DNA of 64,000 nucleotides, from NCBI GenBank assembly GCA_021779835.1, contig JAJXZX010000011.1:48046-112045 (forward strand), in the 5' to 3' direction. The first letter of the stretch is position 1, and every line of letters starts with the position of its first letter. The notes beneath the pieces are model-generated. The model was not told where the DNA came from and searched no databases. It saw only the letters and a program-made list of their open reading frames with translations. This DNA comes from Pseudomonadota bacterium. GTDB taxonomy: Bacteria > Pseudomonadota > Alphaproteobacteria > Rhodobacterales > Rhodobacteraceae. A program made the position numbers and the translations under genes. Of this stretch, positions 42,256 to 53,276 are shown piece by piece.

Positions 42256-43470
42256 ATGGTGGAATTGCGAGATCGGGCCGGGTTTCTGGCACATCTGACG
42301 GCCGAACTGGCCGGGATAGAGGCCGAGGGGCTGATGAAGCGCGAGCGGCTGATCGTGTCGCCGCAGGGCGGGCGCATTTCGGTTGAGGTTGGCGGCACGC
42401 GGCATGACCGCGTAGTGAACCTGTGCGCCAACAACTATCTTGGGCTGGCCGATCACCCGGCGCTGATCGCGGCGGCGAAAGGCGCGATGGACGATCACGG
42501 CTATGGCATGGCCTCGGTCCGGTTCATCTGCGGCACGCAGGATTTGCATCGGGAACTGGAGGCGAGGATTGCGCGGTTTCTGGGCAAAGACGATTCAATC
42601 CTGTTCGCGGCGTGCTTTGACGCGAATGGCGGGCTGTTCGAGCCATTGCTGGGGCCAGAGGACGCGGTGATTTCGGATGCGCTGAACCATGCCTCGATCA
42701 TCGACGGCATAAGGTTGTGCAAGGCGAAGCGCTATCGCTATGCAAATTCCGACATGGGCGATCTGGAGGCGCAGTTGCAGAGGGCCCGTGCCGATGGCGC
42801 GCGGTTCATCCTGATCGCGACGGATGGCGTGTTCTCGATGGACGGGTTTCTGGCGAAGCTGCCAGAGATCACCGCGCTGGCCGAACGCTATGGCGCGCTG
42901 GTGATGGTGGATGATTGCCATGCCACGGGGTTCATGGGGCCAGAGGGGCGCGGAACGCCGGCGCATTTTGGGGTGTCGGTGGATATCCTGACCGGCACGC
43001 TGGGCAAAGCTCTGGGCGGTGCCTTGGGCGGCTATGTCGCGGGACCGCAGGCGGTGATTGACCTGCTGCGGCAGCGGGCGCGGCCCTATCTGTTTTCCAA
43101 CGCTTTGCCGCCTGCGGTGGTGGCGGCGGGGCTGGCGGCGATTGACCTGGTTGCGGGCGCGGATGCTCTGCGCGCGACGTTGTTTGCGAACACCGCCTAT
43201 TGGCGCGCGGGGCTGGAGGCGGCAGGGTTCCGGCTGCAACCGGGTGGGCATCCGATTGTGCCGGTGATGTTGGGCGATGCGGTGCTGGCGCAGCGGATGG
43301 CGGCGGAGCTGTTCGCGCGGGGAGTCTATGTGGCCGGGTTCTTTTTCCCGGTGGTGCCAAAGGGGCAAGCGCGGATTCGCACTCAGATGAACGCGGCGCT
43401 GACGCGGGACGATCTGGATTTCGCGCTGGCTGCCTTTGAGGCGGCGGGCAAAACTGTGGGGGCGATCTGA
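42256..43470 (+). CDS. kbl: Glycine C-acetyltransferase (2-amino-3-ketobutyrate CoA ligase)
   Basis: PLP-dependent class-II aminotransferase with lysine motif SMDGF...TLGKALGG and an N-terminal NNYLGL motif. Confidence 0.9.
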   Translation: MVELRDRAGFLAHLTAELAGIEAEGLMKRERLIVSPQGGRISVEVGGTRHDRVVNLCANNYLGLADHPALIAAAKGAMDDHGYGMASVRFICGTQDLHRELEARIARFLGKDDSILFAACFDANGGLFEPLLGPEDAVISDALNHASIIDGIRLCKAKRYRYANSDMGDLEAQLQRARADGARFILIATDGVFSMDGFLAKLPEITALAERYGALVMVDDCHATGFMGPEGRGTPAHFGVSVDILTGTLGKALGGALGGYVAGPQAVIDLLRQRARPYLFSNALPPAVVAAGLAAIDLVAGADALRATLFANTAYWRAGLEAAGFRLQPGGHPIVPVMLGDAVLAQRMAAELFARGVYVAGFFFPVVPKGQARIRTQMNAALTRDDLDFALAAFEAAGKTVGAI

Positions 43471-44507
43471 TGTCGAACGAGATGAAGGCGCTGGTCAAGG
43501 CCAAGGCAGAGCCCGGACTGTGGATGGAGCGGCGCCCGGTGCCAGAGATCGGGCCGGATGATGTGCTGATCCGCATCCGCAAGACCGGGATCTGCGGCAC
43601 GGATATCCATATCTGGAACTGGGATGACTGGGCGGCGCGGACGGTGCCGGTGCCGCTGGTCACCGGGCACGAATTCGCGGGCGAGATCGTGGAGTTGGGG
43701 CGCAATGTCGAGGGGTTGGTGATCGGGCAGCGATGCTCGGGCGAGGGGCATTTGATTGGCAAAATGAGCCGTCAAAGTCGGGCGGGGAAGTTCCACCTCG
43801 ACCCGGCGACGCGGGGGATCGGGGTGAATGAGCCGGGCGCCTTTGCGGAATACTTGCGCTTGCCCGCGTTCAACGTGGTGCCGTTGCCCGAGGATATCGA
43901 CGACGAGATTGGGGCGATCCTCGACCCGCTGGGGAACGCGGTGCATACGGCGCTTAGCTTCGATCTGGTGGGCGAGGATGTGCTGATTACCGGGGCGGGA
44001 CCGATTGGCATCATGGCGGCGGCAGTGGCGCGGCATGTCGGCGCGCGTCATGTGGTGATCACCGACGTCAACCCGGCGCGGTTGGCGCTGGCGGCAGAGG
44101 TGGCCGACGTGGTGCCGGTCAACGTGGCGAGTGAGGATCTGCGCACGGTAATGGCGCGACTGAAGATGACCGAAGGCTTTGACGTCGGCATGGAGATGTC
44201 GGGCAATCAGGCGGCGCTTGATCAGATGGTTGAGGCTTTGGTGATGGGTGGACGCATAGCTCTGCTAGGCATCCCGCCGGGGAAATCGCCGGTGGATTGG
44301 AGCCGGATCGTGTTCAAGGCGATCACCATCAAGGGCGTCTATGGCCGCGAGATTTTCGAGACCTGGTATAAGATGATCGCGATGCTGCAAAACGGGCTGG
44401 ATATCCGCAAGGTCATCACGCACCGCTTTCCGGTTGACCAGTTTCAGGACGGCTTTGCCGCGATGCGATCGGGGCAAAGCGGGAAGGTTGTGCTCGACTG
44501 GGGCTAA
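43470..44507 (+). CDS. tdh: L-threonine 3-dehydrogenase
   Basis: Zn-ADH fold ([25 protein letters not shown]) and Rossmann motif GAGPIG. Its ATGA overlaps the kbl stop. Confidence 0.9.
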   Translation: MSNEMKALVKAKAEPGLWMERRPVPEIGPDDVLIRIRKTGICGTDIHIWNWDDWAARTVPVPLVTGHEFAGEIVELGRNVEGLVIGQRCSGEGHLIGKMSRQSRAGKFHLDPATRGIGVNEPGAFAEYLRLPAFNVVPLPEDIDDEIGAILDPLGNAVHTALSFDLVGEDVLITGAGPIGIMAAAVARHVGARHVVITDVNPARLALAAEVADVVPVNVASEDLRTVMARLKMTEGFDVGMEMSGNQAALDQMVEALVMGGRIALLGIPPGKSPVDWSRIVFKAITIKGVYGREIFETWYKMIAMLQNGLDIRKVITHRFPVDQFQDGFAAMRSGQSGKVVLDWG

Positions 44508-44526
44508 GCCTCTTGTCGTGTGTCCA

Positions 44527-44575
44527 GGTGATTTCTTTTTGGCAAAAATACTCCGGGGGTCCGGGGGCAGCGCCC
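44527..44575. repeat. Diverged copy of the short intergenic repeat plus a CCGGGGG-cagcg-CCCCCGG hairpin at the tdh/truB convergent terminus
   Basis: TTTTTGGCAAAAATACTCCGGGGGTCCGGGGGCAGCGCCCCCGG resembles TTTGGTCAAAATATCCCCGCGG from the 47621 element. Confidence 0.4.
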
Positions 44576-44603
44576 CCGGCCATCGCCGCCGCGCGGAGCA
44601 GTT

Positions 44604-45509
44604 TTATTGGTTGAAAACGCGGCTGGGATGCAATTCTCCGGCTTTGTAGATGCCGACCGCGATGGCTTTGCCCTGATAGCTTGCCCATGCCTCATCCCCG
44701 AATGCGACATCAGAGGCGATGACCATACCGGGGTTGCCGTTTTTAAGCCGCGCGGCGCCCTCGGGGGTGCAACGCAGTTCCGGCAGGTCGGCGAGGCCAA
44801 TTTCCAGCGGGTGCAGAAAGGCGTCCAGCGCCTCGGTCTTGGCGAGTTCGTCGATCTGCGCAAGGCTGATGCCTTTGTCCGCGTCAAATGGGCCGGACCA
44901 GATGCGGCGCAAGTGGTGGACATGGCCGAGGCAGCCAAGCACCTGTCCCAGATCGCGCGCGATGGAGCGGACGTAGCCGCCTTTCCCGCAGACCATTTCC
45001 AGTTCGACATGATCGGCGTCGGGGCGTGAGAGGACCGTGAGGCTTTCGACCCAAAGGGGGCGCGCCGCGATCTCGACCGCTTCGCCTTCGCGGGCGAGGT
45101 CATAGGCGCGCTCGCCGTCGATTTTCACGGCGGAGAATTGCGGCGGGGTTTGCAGGATCTCGCCGCGGAAGGCGGACAGCGCGGCCTCTATCGCGGCATC
45201 GGTCGGGCGCGCGTCAGAGGTTTCAATCACCGTGCCTTCGGCATCGTCGGTGGTTGTGGCCGCGCCGAAAGTCACAAGAAAGCGGTAACATTTCAGCGCG
45301 TCGGTGATGAAGGGCACGGTCTTGGTTGCCTCACCCAAGGCCACAGCCAGCACGCCGGTTGCGGCGGGGTCGAGAGTGCCCGCGTGGCCCGCCTTTTGCG
45401 CGTCAAACGCCCAGCGGACCTTGTTGACGACCGAAGTCGAGGTGATGCCCGCCGGTTTATCGACGACCAGCCAGCCCGATACCTCGCGTCCCTTGCGCTT
45501 GCGTGCCAT
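44604..45509 (-). CDS. truB: tRNA pseudouridine(55) synthase
   Basis: [13 protein letters not shown]...[13 protein letters not shown] carries the catalytic Asp motif. Confidence 0.95.
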   Translation of the reverse strand: MARKRKGREVSGWLVVDKPAGITSTSVVNKVRWAFDAQKAGHAGTLDPAATGVLAVALGEATKTVPFITDALKCYRFLVTFGAATTTDDAEGTVIETSDARPTDAAIEAALSAFRGEILQTPPQFSAVKIDGERAYDLAREGEAVEIAARPLWVESLTVLSRPDADHVELEMVCGKGGYVRSIARDLGQVLGCLGHVHHLRRIWSGPFDADKGISLAQIDELAKTEALDAFLHPLEIGLADLPELRCTPEGAARLKNGNPGMVIASDVAFGDEAWASYQGKAIAVGIYKAGELHPSRVFNQ

Positions 45510-45548
45510 GCAGCCCCCGTAAATCCGATGAATTGCGAAGCCCGCCTG

Positions 45549-46304
45549 CTACTCGGTGGGGGGCTTGGCGTCAACTGTGGTGCCGACCAGCGGGCCGAGG
45601 GGGAGGCCAACATCCTCTCGGTGCAGGTCGGGCGCGTCGAGGCGCGAGATGGAGCCGTCGAAGTAAAGCGCGTTGGGGGTGTGGAGTTGATCGCGGAACA
45701 CTCGCGCGAAGGCTTTGAACGAGACGGGCGCGTTGGAGATCAGGAAATACGCGGTTTTGCCATCCGCGCTGACGCCGACGCCATTGCGGATATAGGTCGA
45801 TGCGGCGGTGTCGAGGAAGCGGGGGTGCAGCGCGCCGTCAATCACCAGCATCGGGCCGGATTGGGTGGCGTAACGGCAGGTGGGCGGATGGGCGGCAAAG
45901 GCACGTGTTTCGATGACGGAGTAGCGTGCGGTCCCTATGCAGAACACGCCGTTGGGCTGCATGCCGAAGTTCCCGTGGCTTGCGCCAACAACCAGCGGGG
46001 CGGCTTGCACGCCGTCAAGGATCAGCAAACCCACCGGCGCGCGGTTGGGGTGGAACATGCCGGCGTTCGTGGCGAAGCCAATCTGGCGGTGGTCTTTGGC
46101 GAGCAGCGCGCTTAGCCGTTGGAAGGTGCCCAGCGGCAGGCCATCGTCGCCCATATGCCAAAGGCGCAGGTCGTCGTGGCCGATTTGCGTTGTGCAGAGC
46201 GTGTAGGGGGTGGCGTCGAATGTGGTGTCGCGGCAGGTCGCGCGCGCAGCAATGGGAAGCAGCGCGGCGAGGACCAGGGCGGCGAGGTTAATCCTCGGAC
46301 GCAT
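45549..46304 (-). CDS. Phosphodiester glycosidase family protein (DUF2233), secreted
   Basis: Signal peptide MRPRINLAALVLAALLPIAARA and DUF2233-like motifs (NAGMFHPN, LLILDG, YFDGSIS). Confidence 0.6.
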   Translation of the reverse strand: MRPRINLAALVLAALLPIAARATCRDTTFDATPYTLCTTQIGHDDLRLWHMGDDGLPLGTFQRLSALLAKDHRQIGFATNAGMFHPNRAPVGLLILDGVQAAPLVVGASHGNFGMQPNGVFCIGTARYSVIETRAFAAHPPTCRYATQSGPMLVIDGALHPRFLDTAASTYIRNGVGVSADGKTAYFLISNAPVSFKAFARVFRDQLHTPNALYFDGSISRLDAPDLHREDVGLPLGPLVGTTVDAKPPTE

Positions 46305-46707
46305 CGTCGTCTGGCGCGGCGATGTCGCGCTGCACGGTCTCGTCGCTGAACAGGCGGCGGGTTTCGTCGAGACGGTCGAAGGTCTCGTCGATCTCGAAGC
46401 GCAGCTCGGGCGTGAATTTCAGCGTCATGGCCTTGCCGACAAGATGGCGCAATTCACCCTTGTTGCGGCGAAGGGCAAGCAGCGCCTCGACTTTCAGCAG
46501 GCCGCCAAGGGGCAGGACATAGGCGGTGGCGACCTTGAGGTCGGTGGACATGCTGACCTCTCCCACCGTGATCGAGATGCGGTTGAGGTCGGGATCGTGG
46601 ATGTCGCCACGCGACAGCACGTCCGAAAGGGTGCGCCGGATCAGTTCGCCTACGCGGAGCTGACGCTGCTTGGGGCCGGAGCCCATAGGGGATCGATTGG
46701 TTGCCAT
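46288..46707 (-). CDS. rbfA: Ribosome-binding factor A
   Basis: GSGPKQRQLRVGELIRRTLSDVL...KVATAYVLPLGG is a typical RbfA. The track ORF is over-extended upstream. Confidence 0.9.
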   Translation of the reverse strand: MATNRSPMGSGPKQRQLRVGELIRRTLSDVLSRGDIHDPDLNRISITVGEVSMSTDLKVATAYVLPLGGLLKVEALLALRRNKGELRHLVGKAMTLKFTPELRFEIDETFDRLDETRRLFSDETVQRDIAAPDDDASED

Positions 46708-46800
46708 GCGCCTCAAATAGGGCATGTGACGGCGGCAAGCAACCGAGGCTTTGCCAAGGCGGGCGCAAGCGGGTAAAGACAGGCGCGAATTGCGGGGAGT

Positions 46801-47616
46801 GTGGTGATGTCGAACGTGCCGGGGATCGTTGTGACGGGGGCGTCGGGCCGTATGGGGCAGACGCTGGTGCGCCTGATCGCGGCAAGTGACCGGATGCGGC
46901 TGGTCGGCTGTGTCGAACGGGAGGGCCACGCTTGGGTTGGCCGCGATATTGGCGCGGCGATGGGTGGCGCGGATTTGGGCGTCACGGTGACGGATGACGC
47001 GCTGGAGGCATTCGCCAAGGCGCAAGCGGTGATCGACTTCACCTCGCCCGAGGCGTCGCTGGGGTTTGCCGCATTGGCGGCGCAGGCGCGCGCGGTGCAT
47101 GTGATTGGCACCACGGGGTTTACCGATGCGCAGATCGCACGGCTGGAACCGGCGTCGCGTCATGCGGTGATTATCCGCGCCGGGAATATGAGCCTTGGCG
47201 TGAACCTGCTGGTGCAGCTGACGCGCAAGGTGGCGGAAGCGCTGGATGCGGATTTCGACATTGAGATCGTCGAGGCGCATCACCGCATGAAGGTCGATGC
47301 CCCCTCTGGCACTGCGTTGATGCTGGGCCAGGCTGCGGCGGAAGGGCGCGGCGTGTCGCTTGCCGAAGTGTCAGATCGCGGGCGCGATGGCATCACCGGG
47401 GCGCGCAAGCGTGGCGACATCGGGTTTTCCGCGATCCGTGGTGGCGACATCGTGGGCGAGCATGACGTGATCTTTGCCGCCGATGGCGAGCGGATCATTC
47501 TGCGCCATGTCGCCACCGACCGGGCCATTTTTGCGCGCGGCGCGCTAAAGGCGGCGCTGTGGGGGCAGGACAAACGGCCGGGGCAGTACTCGATGCTGGA
47601 CGTTTTGGGGATCTGA
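46801..47616 (+). CDS. dapB: 4-hydroxy-tetrahydrodipicolinate reductase
   Basis: [19 protein letters not shown]... and [19 protein letters not shown] are the DapB signature. Confidence 0.93.
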   Translation: MVMSNVPGIVVTGASGRMGQTLVRLIAASDRMRLVGCVEREGHAWVGRDIGAAMGGADLGVTVTDDALEAFAKAQAVIDFTSPEASLGFAALAAQARAVHVIGTTGFTDAQIARLEPASRHAVIIRAGNMSLGVNLLVQLTRKVAEALDADFDIEIVEAHHRMKVDAPSGTALMLGQAAAEGRGVSLAEVSDRGRDGITGARKRGDIGFSAIRGGDIVGEHDVIFAADGERIILRHVATDRAIFARGALKAALWGQDKRPGQYSMLDVLGI

Positions 47617-47620
47617 GCGC

Positions 47621-47706
47621 TCTTGCTTGCTTTGGTCAAAATATCCCCCGCGGAGCGGGTGCGGCGGACCGCAGGTGCCTCCGGCGGGGATATTTTGACC
47701 AAAGCA
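47621..47706. repeat. 86-bp palindromic intergenic element (inverted arms TTTGGTCAAAATATCCCCGCGG / CCGGCGGGGATATTTTGACCAAA)
   Basis: Perfect ~20-bp inverted repeats separated by ~40 bp of GC-rich sequence. It lies between the convergent dapB and DUF1674 genes. One arm recurs at 60085. Confidence 0.7.
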
Positions 47707-47717
47707 ATTGCATGGCG

Positions 47718-47894
47718 TCAGAAATCGACGGCGATGCCCTTTTTCTCCCAATCGCCATAGCGAACGGGTTCGGGGCCATCGCGACCGCCGAGTTCGGGGG
47801 GCAGGTCCGGTTTGGTGGCCTTGCGGCGCGCCTCTGCCTCTGCCAGCGCGCGCTGAGCGGCGGGCGGGAGGTCTGGTTTTGCGGAGTCTGGCAT
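47718..47894 (-). CDS. DUF1674 small protein (SDHAF4-like)
   Basis: 58 aa, below the ORF-track cutoff: MPDSAKPDLPPAAQRALAEAEARRKATKPDLPPELGGRDGPEPVRYGDWEKKGIAVDF. It matches the conserved DUF1674 C-terminus (...GG..GPEP.RYGDWE.KG...DF). Confidence 0.7.
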   Translation of the reverse strand: MPDSAKPDLPPAAQRALAEAEARRKATKPDLPPELGGRDGPEPVRYGDWEKKGIAVDF

Positions 47895-47981
47895 TGGCAG
47901 GGTTCCTTGTGCAGGATGGGACCTTGATATACGTGCGCGGGCTGGCGGGGCAAGGGCCGCGCGGAAATCGGAGGCGGGACT

Positions 47982-49280
47982 TTGGCAGGATCAACAGGCG
48001 CTGCGGGATTGGTTCCGCGTCGGGCGGCGGTAGCGTTGTTGGATCTGGTGCTGGGCGAGGGGCGGACGCTGGCCGAGGTTCTGGCCGATCTTGCCGGACC
48101 GCTGAGCGCGATTGATCCGGGCGAGCGGGCGCGGGCGCAGAGGTTGACGCTGACCACGCTGCGCCACGTCGAGCGGGCTGACAAATTTCTGGGCAAGCAT
48201 CTGCGCAAAGCGCCGCCGGTAACGGTGAAGAATGCGATGCGGTTGGCCGTGGTCGAGGTTTTCGTCGATGGCGCGGCGGCACATGGGGCGGTGAATGCCG
48301 CCGTTGATCTGGTGCGTCAGGGCCGCAAAATCGCGCCGATGAGCGGCTTGGTGAACGCAGTGCTACGCAAAGTAGTAGCCGAGATGCCAGAGGATTGGGC
48401 GAAGCTGCCGCCGCAACGGATGCCGATGTGGCTCCGCAAGCCCTTGGTGAACCGCTGGGGCCGCGACGTGGTCAGCGTTATCGAGGCGGTGCAGATGGTG
48501 GCGCCTCCGTTGGACCTGACCCTGCGTGATGGGGACGAGGCGGTGCAGTGGGCGGAGGCGTTGGAAGCCGAAGTGCTGCCGTGTGGTAGCCTGCGGCGGC
48601 GCGTGGTGGGGCAGGTGTCGGACCTTCCCGGCTACGCGGAGGGCGCGTGGTGGGTGCAGGATGCCGCCGCCGCGCTGCCGGTGCGGGTTTTGGCGCCAGT
48701 TGCCGGCGCGCGGGTGTTGGATTTGTGCGCGGCGCCGGGGGGCAAGACGTTGCAATTGGCCGCTGCCGGGGCGGCTGTGACGGCGCTGGATATTTCCGGT
48801 GTGCGGATGGCGCGGGTTGCGGAGAATCTTGCACGCTGTCGGCTAACGGCCGAGCTGGTGGTGGCGGATGCGCTGCATTGGCAGGCGGATGCGCCCTATG
48901 ATTCGGTTTTGCTGGATGCGCCGTGTTCCGCTACCGGAACCGTGCGGCGGCACCCTGATTTGCCCTTTGTGAAGGACGGATCAGAGCTTGCCGGTCTGGT
49001 CGAGTTGCAGGCGCGCTTGATTGACAGTGCGTTGGCGATGCTGAAGCCGGGGGGTGTGCTGGTTTATTGTACCTGCTCGCTGCTGCCAGACGAGGGCGAG
49101 GCTCAGGTAAGCGCGGCGTTGGAGCGGCACCAGGGGTTGCAGGTGGACGTGCCAGAGGCTGCCGGAATCGAAGCGGCGTGGCGCACGAAAGACGGTGGCC
49201 TGCGGTTGCGCCCGGATTTCTGGGCAGAGCGGGGCGGCATGGACGGGTTCTACATCGCGCGGTTGCGTAAGGCGGGGTGA
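47982..49280 (+). CDS. rsmB: 16S rRNA (cytosine967-C5)-methyltransferase RsmB/Sun family
   Basis: N-terminal NusB-like domain, C-terminal SAM-MTase (DLCAAPGGKT, DAPCSATG, catalytic TCS). Apparent TTG start. The start codon is uncertain. Confidence 0.85.
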   Translation: MAGSTGAAGLVPRRAAVALLDLVLGEGRTLAEVLADLAGPLSAIDPGERARAQRLTLTTLRHVERADKFLGKHLRKAPPVTVKNAMRLAVVEVFVDGAAAHGAVNAAVDLVRQGRKIAPMSGLVNAVLRKVVAEMPEDWAKLPPQRMPMWLRKPLVNRWGRDVVSVIEAVQMVAPPLDLTLRDGDEAVQWAEALEAEVLPCGSLRRRVVGQVSDLPGYAEGAWWVQDAAAALPVRVLAPVAGARVLDLCAAPGGKTLQLAAAGAAVTALDISGVRMARVAENLARCRLTAELVVADALHWQADAPYDSVLLDAPCSATGTVRRHPDLPFVKDGSELAGLVELQARLIDSALAMLKPGGVLVYCTCSLLPDEGEAQVSAALERHQGLQVDVPEAAGIEAAWRTKDGGLRLRPDFWAERGGMDGFYIARLRKAG

Positions 49281-49377
49281 CCCCGGGCTTTTCTGCGGTG
49301 ACAGCGCACTCCCCCGCCGCTATGGTCTCCCGCGAGGCGTGAAGCGGCCAAGGGCAGAAACGGCACAGACCCGAAAG

Positions 49378-51147
49378 ATGGCGAAACGAGGCATGGCAGG
49401 CGGTTCCCAAAGCGAAGGCTGGGCGTCGCGCAGGGCGCGGTTGATGAACCGGGTCGTGGCGTGGCGCAGCACGCATGCGCGGGCGGCGACCGGGTTTGCC
49501 TCGCAGCCAGAGCCGCGCACGATTGGCACTTTCGCGCGCGGACGGCAGTTGATTGCCGGGAATTTCCTGTTTTCGGGTTTTCTGATCGAGGGGCCGGGCG
49601 TGAAGATCTGGGATCTGCCGATGCCCGATCCGAGTTTCGAGGAAACCATTCACGGATTTGGCTGGCTCGACGATCTGGCGGCGGTAGGCGACAGCGCGGC
49701 GCGTGTCCGCGCGCAAGAGTGGGTGTTCGACTGGATCGCGCGCTTTGGGCGTGGGCGCGGGCCGGGCTGGGTGCCGGACCTGACCGGACGGCGGCTGATC
49801 CGTTGGATCAATCACGCGCTGTTCCTGTTGTCGGGGCAAGAACGGGCGGCGGCGGACAGCTATTTCCTGAGCCTTGGCCAGCAGACGAATTTTCTGGCGA
49901 AGCGGTGGCAGGCGGCCTCGCCGGGATTGGCGCGGTTCGAGGCGCTGACCGGGTTGATTTATGCGGGCCTCTCGCTGACCGGGACGGAGCGGCATGTGAA
50001 TGGCGCTGTGGCGGCGCTTGCGCGGGAATGCGAAGAGCAGATTGACGCGGAGGGCGGGATTCCCACGCGTAACCCAGAGGAATTGCTTGAGGTTTTCACT
50101 CTGCTGACTTGGGCTGCACGGGCGCTGGGCGAGGCGGGGCGGATGGCGCCGAAGCCGCATATGGCCGCGATCGAGCGGATTGCGCCGACGCTGCGCGCGT
50201 TGCGTCATGCCGATGGCGGGCTGGCGCGGTTTCATGGCGGCGGACGCGGGCTTGAGGGGCGGCTGGATCAGGCGCTGGCGTCCTCGGGGGTGCGGGCGGT
50301 GGCGCATGAGGGGCTGGCGATGGGATTCGCGCGGCTGTCGGGTGGACGCACCAGCGTGATTGTCGATGCGGCGGCACCACCGCAGGGCGCGGCCTCGTTC
50401 GATGCCCATGCCTCGACGCTTGCGTTTGAGCTGACCTCGGGGCGGCGACCAGTGATTGTAAGCTGCGGGTCGGGCGCGCCGTTCGGGCCGGAGTGGCGGC
50501 GGGCGGGGCGTGCGACGCCGTCGCATTCGACCCTGGCAATTGAGGGGTTTTCGTCGTCGCGGCTTGGCGAGCAGGGGCTGGTGTCAGGCCATGCGCGCGA
50601 GTTGTTGGCGGACCGGGCCGAGGTTGTGCATCTGCGCCACTCGATGGGGTTGGAAGGTGCCAGCCTGTTGGTGGGGCATTCCGGCTATAGCACCACGCAT
50701 GGGCTGACGCATATGCGGGGGCTGGTGCTGTCGCAGGATGGACGGTCACTGACCGGCGAGGACACGCTGGGTGCGCTGACCGAGGACGAGCGGCGGCGCT
50801 ATGATGTGGTGACGGCGGCGACTCGGGGGGTGAATTTCGCGATCCGGTTCCATCTGCACCCCGACGTGGACGCGGCAATTGATCTGGGCGGATCAGCCGT
50901 GTCGCTCGCGCTGAAATCGGGCGAAATCTGGGTGTTCCGGCAGGGCGGTGGCGCTAAATTGACGCTCGACCCGTCCGTATATCTGGAAAAAGGCCGTTTG
51001 AAGCCGCGCGCGACAAAACAGATCGTTTTGTCTGGTGCGGTTATCGACTATGCGAGCCAGATCCGCTGGACCTTGTCCAAGGCGCAGGATACGCCGCTGG
51101 CGATCCGTGACCTGGACCGGGATGACGGGCTGACTGACCAAGTTTGA
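49378..51147 (+). CDS. Heparinase II/III-like family protein
   Basis: About 590 aa. This is a conserved alphaproteobacterial protein usually annotated as heparinase II/III-like. It is located upstream of purH as in many Rhizobiales/Rhodobacterales. The start is taken at MAKRGMAGGS. Confidence 0.7.
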   Translation: MAKRGMAGGSQSEGWASRRARLMNRVVAWRSTHARAATGFASQPEPRTIGTFARGRQLIAGNFLFSGFLIEGPGVKIWDLPMPDPSFEETIHGFGWLDDLAAVGDSAARVRAQEWVFDWIARFGRGRGPGWVPDLTGRRLIRWINHALFLLSGQERAAADSYFLSLGQQTNFLAKRWQAASPGLARFEALTGLIYAGLSLTGTERHVNGAVAALARECEEQIDAEGGIPTRNPEELLEVFTLLTWAARALGEAGRMAPKPHMAAIERIAPTLRALRHADGGLARFHGGGRGLEGRLDQALASSGVRAVAHEGLAMGFARLSGGRTSVIVDAAAPPQGAASFDAHASTLAFELTSGRRPVIVSCGSGAPFGPEWRRAGRATPSHSTLAIEGFSSSRLGEQGLVSGHARELLADRAEVVHLRHSMGLEGASLLVGHSGYSTTHGLTHMRGLVLSQDGRSLTGEDTLGALTEDERRRYDVVTAATRGVNFAIRFHLHPDVDAAIDLGGSAVSLALKSGEIWVFRQGGGAKLTLDPSVYLEKGRLKPRATKQIVLSGAVIDYASQIRWTLSKAQDTPLAIRDLDRDDGLTDQV

Positions 51148-51159
51148 GGGAAAACACCG

Positions 51160-52746
51160 ATGACCAACCTTGTGCCGCTGCGCCGCGCGCTGCTTTCCGT
51201 TTCCGACAAGACCGGATTGATTGATCTGGGCCGGGCACTGGCCGCACGGGGGGTGGAGTTGCTGTCGACCGGGGGCACGGCGCATGTGCTGCGCGCGGCG
51301 GGGATGACCGTGAAGGACGTGTCCGAGGTTACAGGCTTCCCCGAGATGATGGATGGCCGCGTCAAGACGCTGCATCCGGCGGTGCATGGCGGGCTGTTGG
51401 CGCTGCGCGACGATGACGAGCATCTGGCGGCAATGGCGGCCTATGGCATTGAGCCGATCGACCTGTTGGTGGTCAACCTCTACCCGTTCGAGGCGACGGT
51501 GGCGAAGGGCGGCAATTACGCGGATTGCATCGAGAATATCGATATCGGCGGGCCGGCGATGATCCGTGCCGGGGCGAAAAACCACGGGTTCGTTTCAGTC
51601 ATCGTGGATGTGCAGGACTACGGCGCACTGTTGGCAGAGCTAGACGCGAATGATGACCGCACCAGCCTGAAGTTCCGTCAGAAGATGGCGCAGATCGCCT
51701 ATGCCCGCACTGCGGCCTATGATGCGGCGGTGTCTAATTGGATGGCGGGCGCGATTGGTGACACAACGCCCCGGCGGCGCGCATTCGCGGGCGAGTTGGC
51801 GCAGGGGTTGCGCTATGGCGAGAACCCCCATCAGGCGGCGGCGTTCTACGTTGACGGCTCGCGACGCGCCGGGGTGGCGACGGCGAAGCAATGGCAGGGC
51901 AAAGATCTGAGCTATAACAACATCAACGACACCGATGCGGCGTTTGAATTAGTTGCGGAATTTGCAGGCGGCAAGCCTGCCTGTGCGATCATCAAGCACG
52001 CGAACCCCTGCGGTGTGGCGGTGGGCGAGAGCCTGCTGGAGGCGTATCAGCGCGCTTATGACTGCGACCGGACCTCGGCGTTTGGTGGGATCGTGGCGCT
52101 GAACCGGCCCTTGGACGCGGCGACGGCGGAAGAGATCATCAAGATTTTCACCGAGGTCGTGATTGCGCCGGGGGCTGATGACGCGGCTCGGAGTATTTTT
52201 GCCAAGAAGAAGAACCTGCGGCTGTTGACGACGGATGGTTTGCCAGATGCCAAGACGGTTTCCCTGACCTATCGACAGGTGGCCGGAGGGTTTCTGGTGC
52301 AGGACAAGGACACCGGGCATATCGGCGCGGGTGATCTGAAGGTGGTGACGAAGAAGGCACCGACGCCAGAGCAGATTGCGGACCTGCTGTTCGCGTGGAA
52401 CGTGGCGAAACATGTGAAATCGAACGCCATCGTCTATGTGAAGAATGGGGCGACCGTCGGTGTTGGCGCGGGACAGATGAGCCGGGTCGATTCGACGCGA
52501 ATCGCCGCGCGCAAGTCGCAGGATATGGCCGAGGTGTTGGGGCTGGCCGCACCACTGACTCAGGGTTCCGTGGTGGCGTCGGACGCTTTCTTTCCCTTCC
52601 CCGACGGATTGCTGGCAGCGGCAGAGGCAGGCGCTGTGGCGGTGATCCAGCCCGGCGGCTCGATGAATGACGCCGATGTGATCGCAGCGGCGGATGCGGC
52701 GGGGCTGGCGATGGTGTTCACCGGCCAGCGGCATTTCCGGCACTGA
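51160..52746 (+). CDS. purH: Bifunctional AICAR transformylase / IMP cyclohydrolase
   Basis: The N-terminal MGS-like domain ([11 protein letters not shown]) and the AICARFT domain are canonical. Confidence 0.97.
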   Translation: MTNLVPLRRALLSVSDKTGLIDLGRALAARGVELLSTGGTAHVLRAAGMTVKDVSEVTGFPEMMDGRVKTLHPAVHGGLLALRDDDEHLAAMAAYGIEPIDLLVVNLYPFEATVAKGGNYADCIENIDIGGPAMIRAGAKNHGFVSVIVDVQDYGALLAELDANDDRTSLKFRQKMAQIAYARTAAYDAAVSNWMAGAIGDTTPRRRAFAGELAQGLRYGENPHQAAAFYVDGSRRAGVATAKQWQGKDLSYNNINDTDAAFELVAEFAGGKPACAIIKHANPCGVAVGESLLEAYQRAYDCDRTSAFGGIVALNRPLDAATAEEIIKIFTEVVIAPGADDAARSIFAKKKNLRLLTTDGLPDAKTVSLTYRQVAGGFLVQDKDTGHIGAGDLKVVTKKAPTPEQIADLLFAWNVAKHVKSNAIVYVKNGATVGVGAGQMSRVDSTRIAARKSQDMAEVLGLAAPLTQGSVVASDAFFPFPDGLLAAAEAGAVAVIQPGGSMNDADVIAAADAAGLAMVFTGQRHFRH

Positions 52747-52747
52747 G

Positions 52748-53224
52748 ATGACAATGCGGCTGGCATCTACAGTGGCGCTGGGGGTGATCGTGATTGATCA
52801 GGCCTCGAAATTCCTTGTGGTGCATGTCATGGGGCTTGACCAAAGGCTGGCGATTGATGTGCTGCCGCCGCTGCTGAATTTCCGCATGGCATGGAATGAG
52901 GGCGTGAATTTCGGCCTTTTCGCCAATGGCGCGGACTTTACACGCTGGTTTCTGATTGCAGTGGCGGTGGCGATTTCGGCCTGGGTCTGGATCTGGGTGC
53001 GCAAGGGCAAGACCTCGGCGATGGCGAAGGTGTCAGCGGGGTTGTTGATCGGCGGGGCGCTTGGCAATGTGATTGACCGGGTGCTTTATGGTGCGGTGGC
53101 CGATTTTCTGAATATGTCGTGCTGCGGCATGAGAAATCCGTTTTCTTTCAATGTGGCGGATGTTGGCGTGTTTCTGGGGGCGTTGGGGTTGGTGCTGTTC
53201 ACCGGGCGCCAGAACACCCCGTGA
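52748..53224 (+). CDS. lspA: Lipoprotein signal peptidase (signal peptidase II)
   Basis: Four TM helices, and motifs NxGxxFG (NEGVNFGLF) and VIDR..YG..ADF. The ATG lies 2 nt after the purH stop. Confidence 0.88.
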   Translation: MTMRLASTVALGVIVIDQASKFLVVHVMGLDQRLAIDVLPPLLNFRMAWNEGVNFGLFANGADFTRWFLIAVAVAISAWVWIWVRKGKTSAMAKVSAGLLIGGALGNVIDRVLYGAVADFLNMSCCGMRNPFSFNVADVGVFLGALGLVLFTGRQNTP

Positions 53225-53276
53225 CGCGCCGGGTGCTTTGCGCTAAAGACAACGGGAACCGGTTGGGGAGGCTTGC

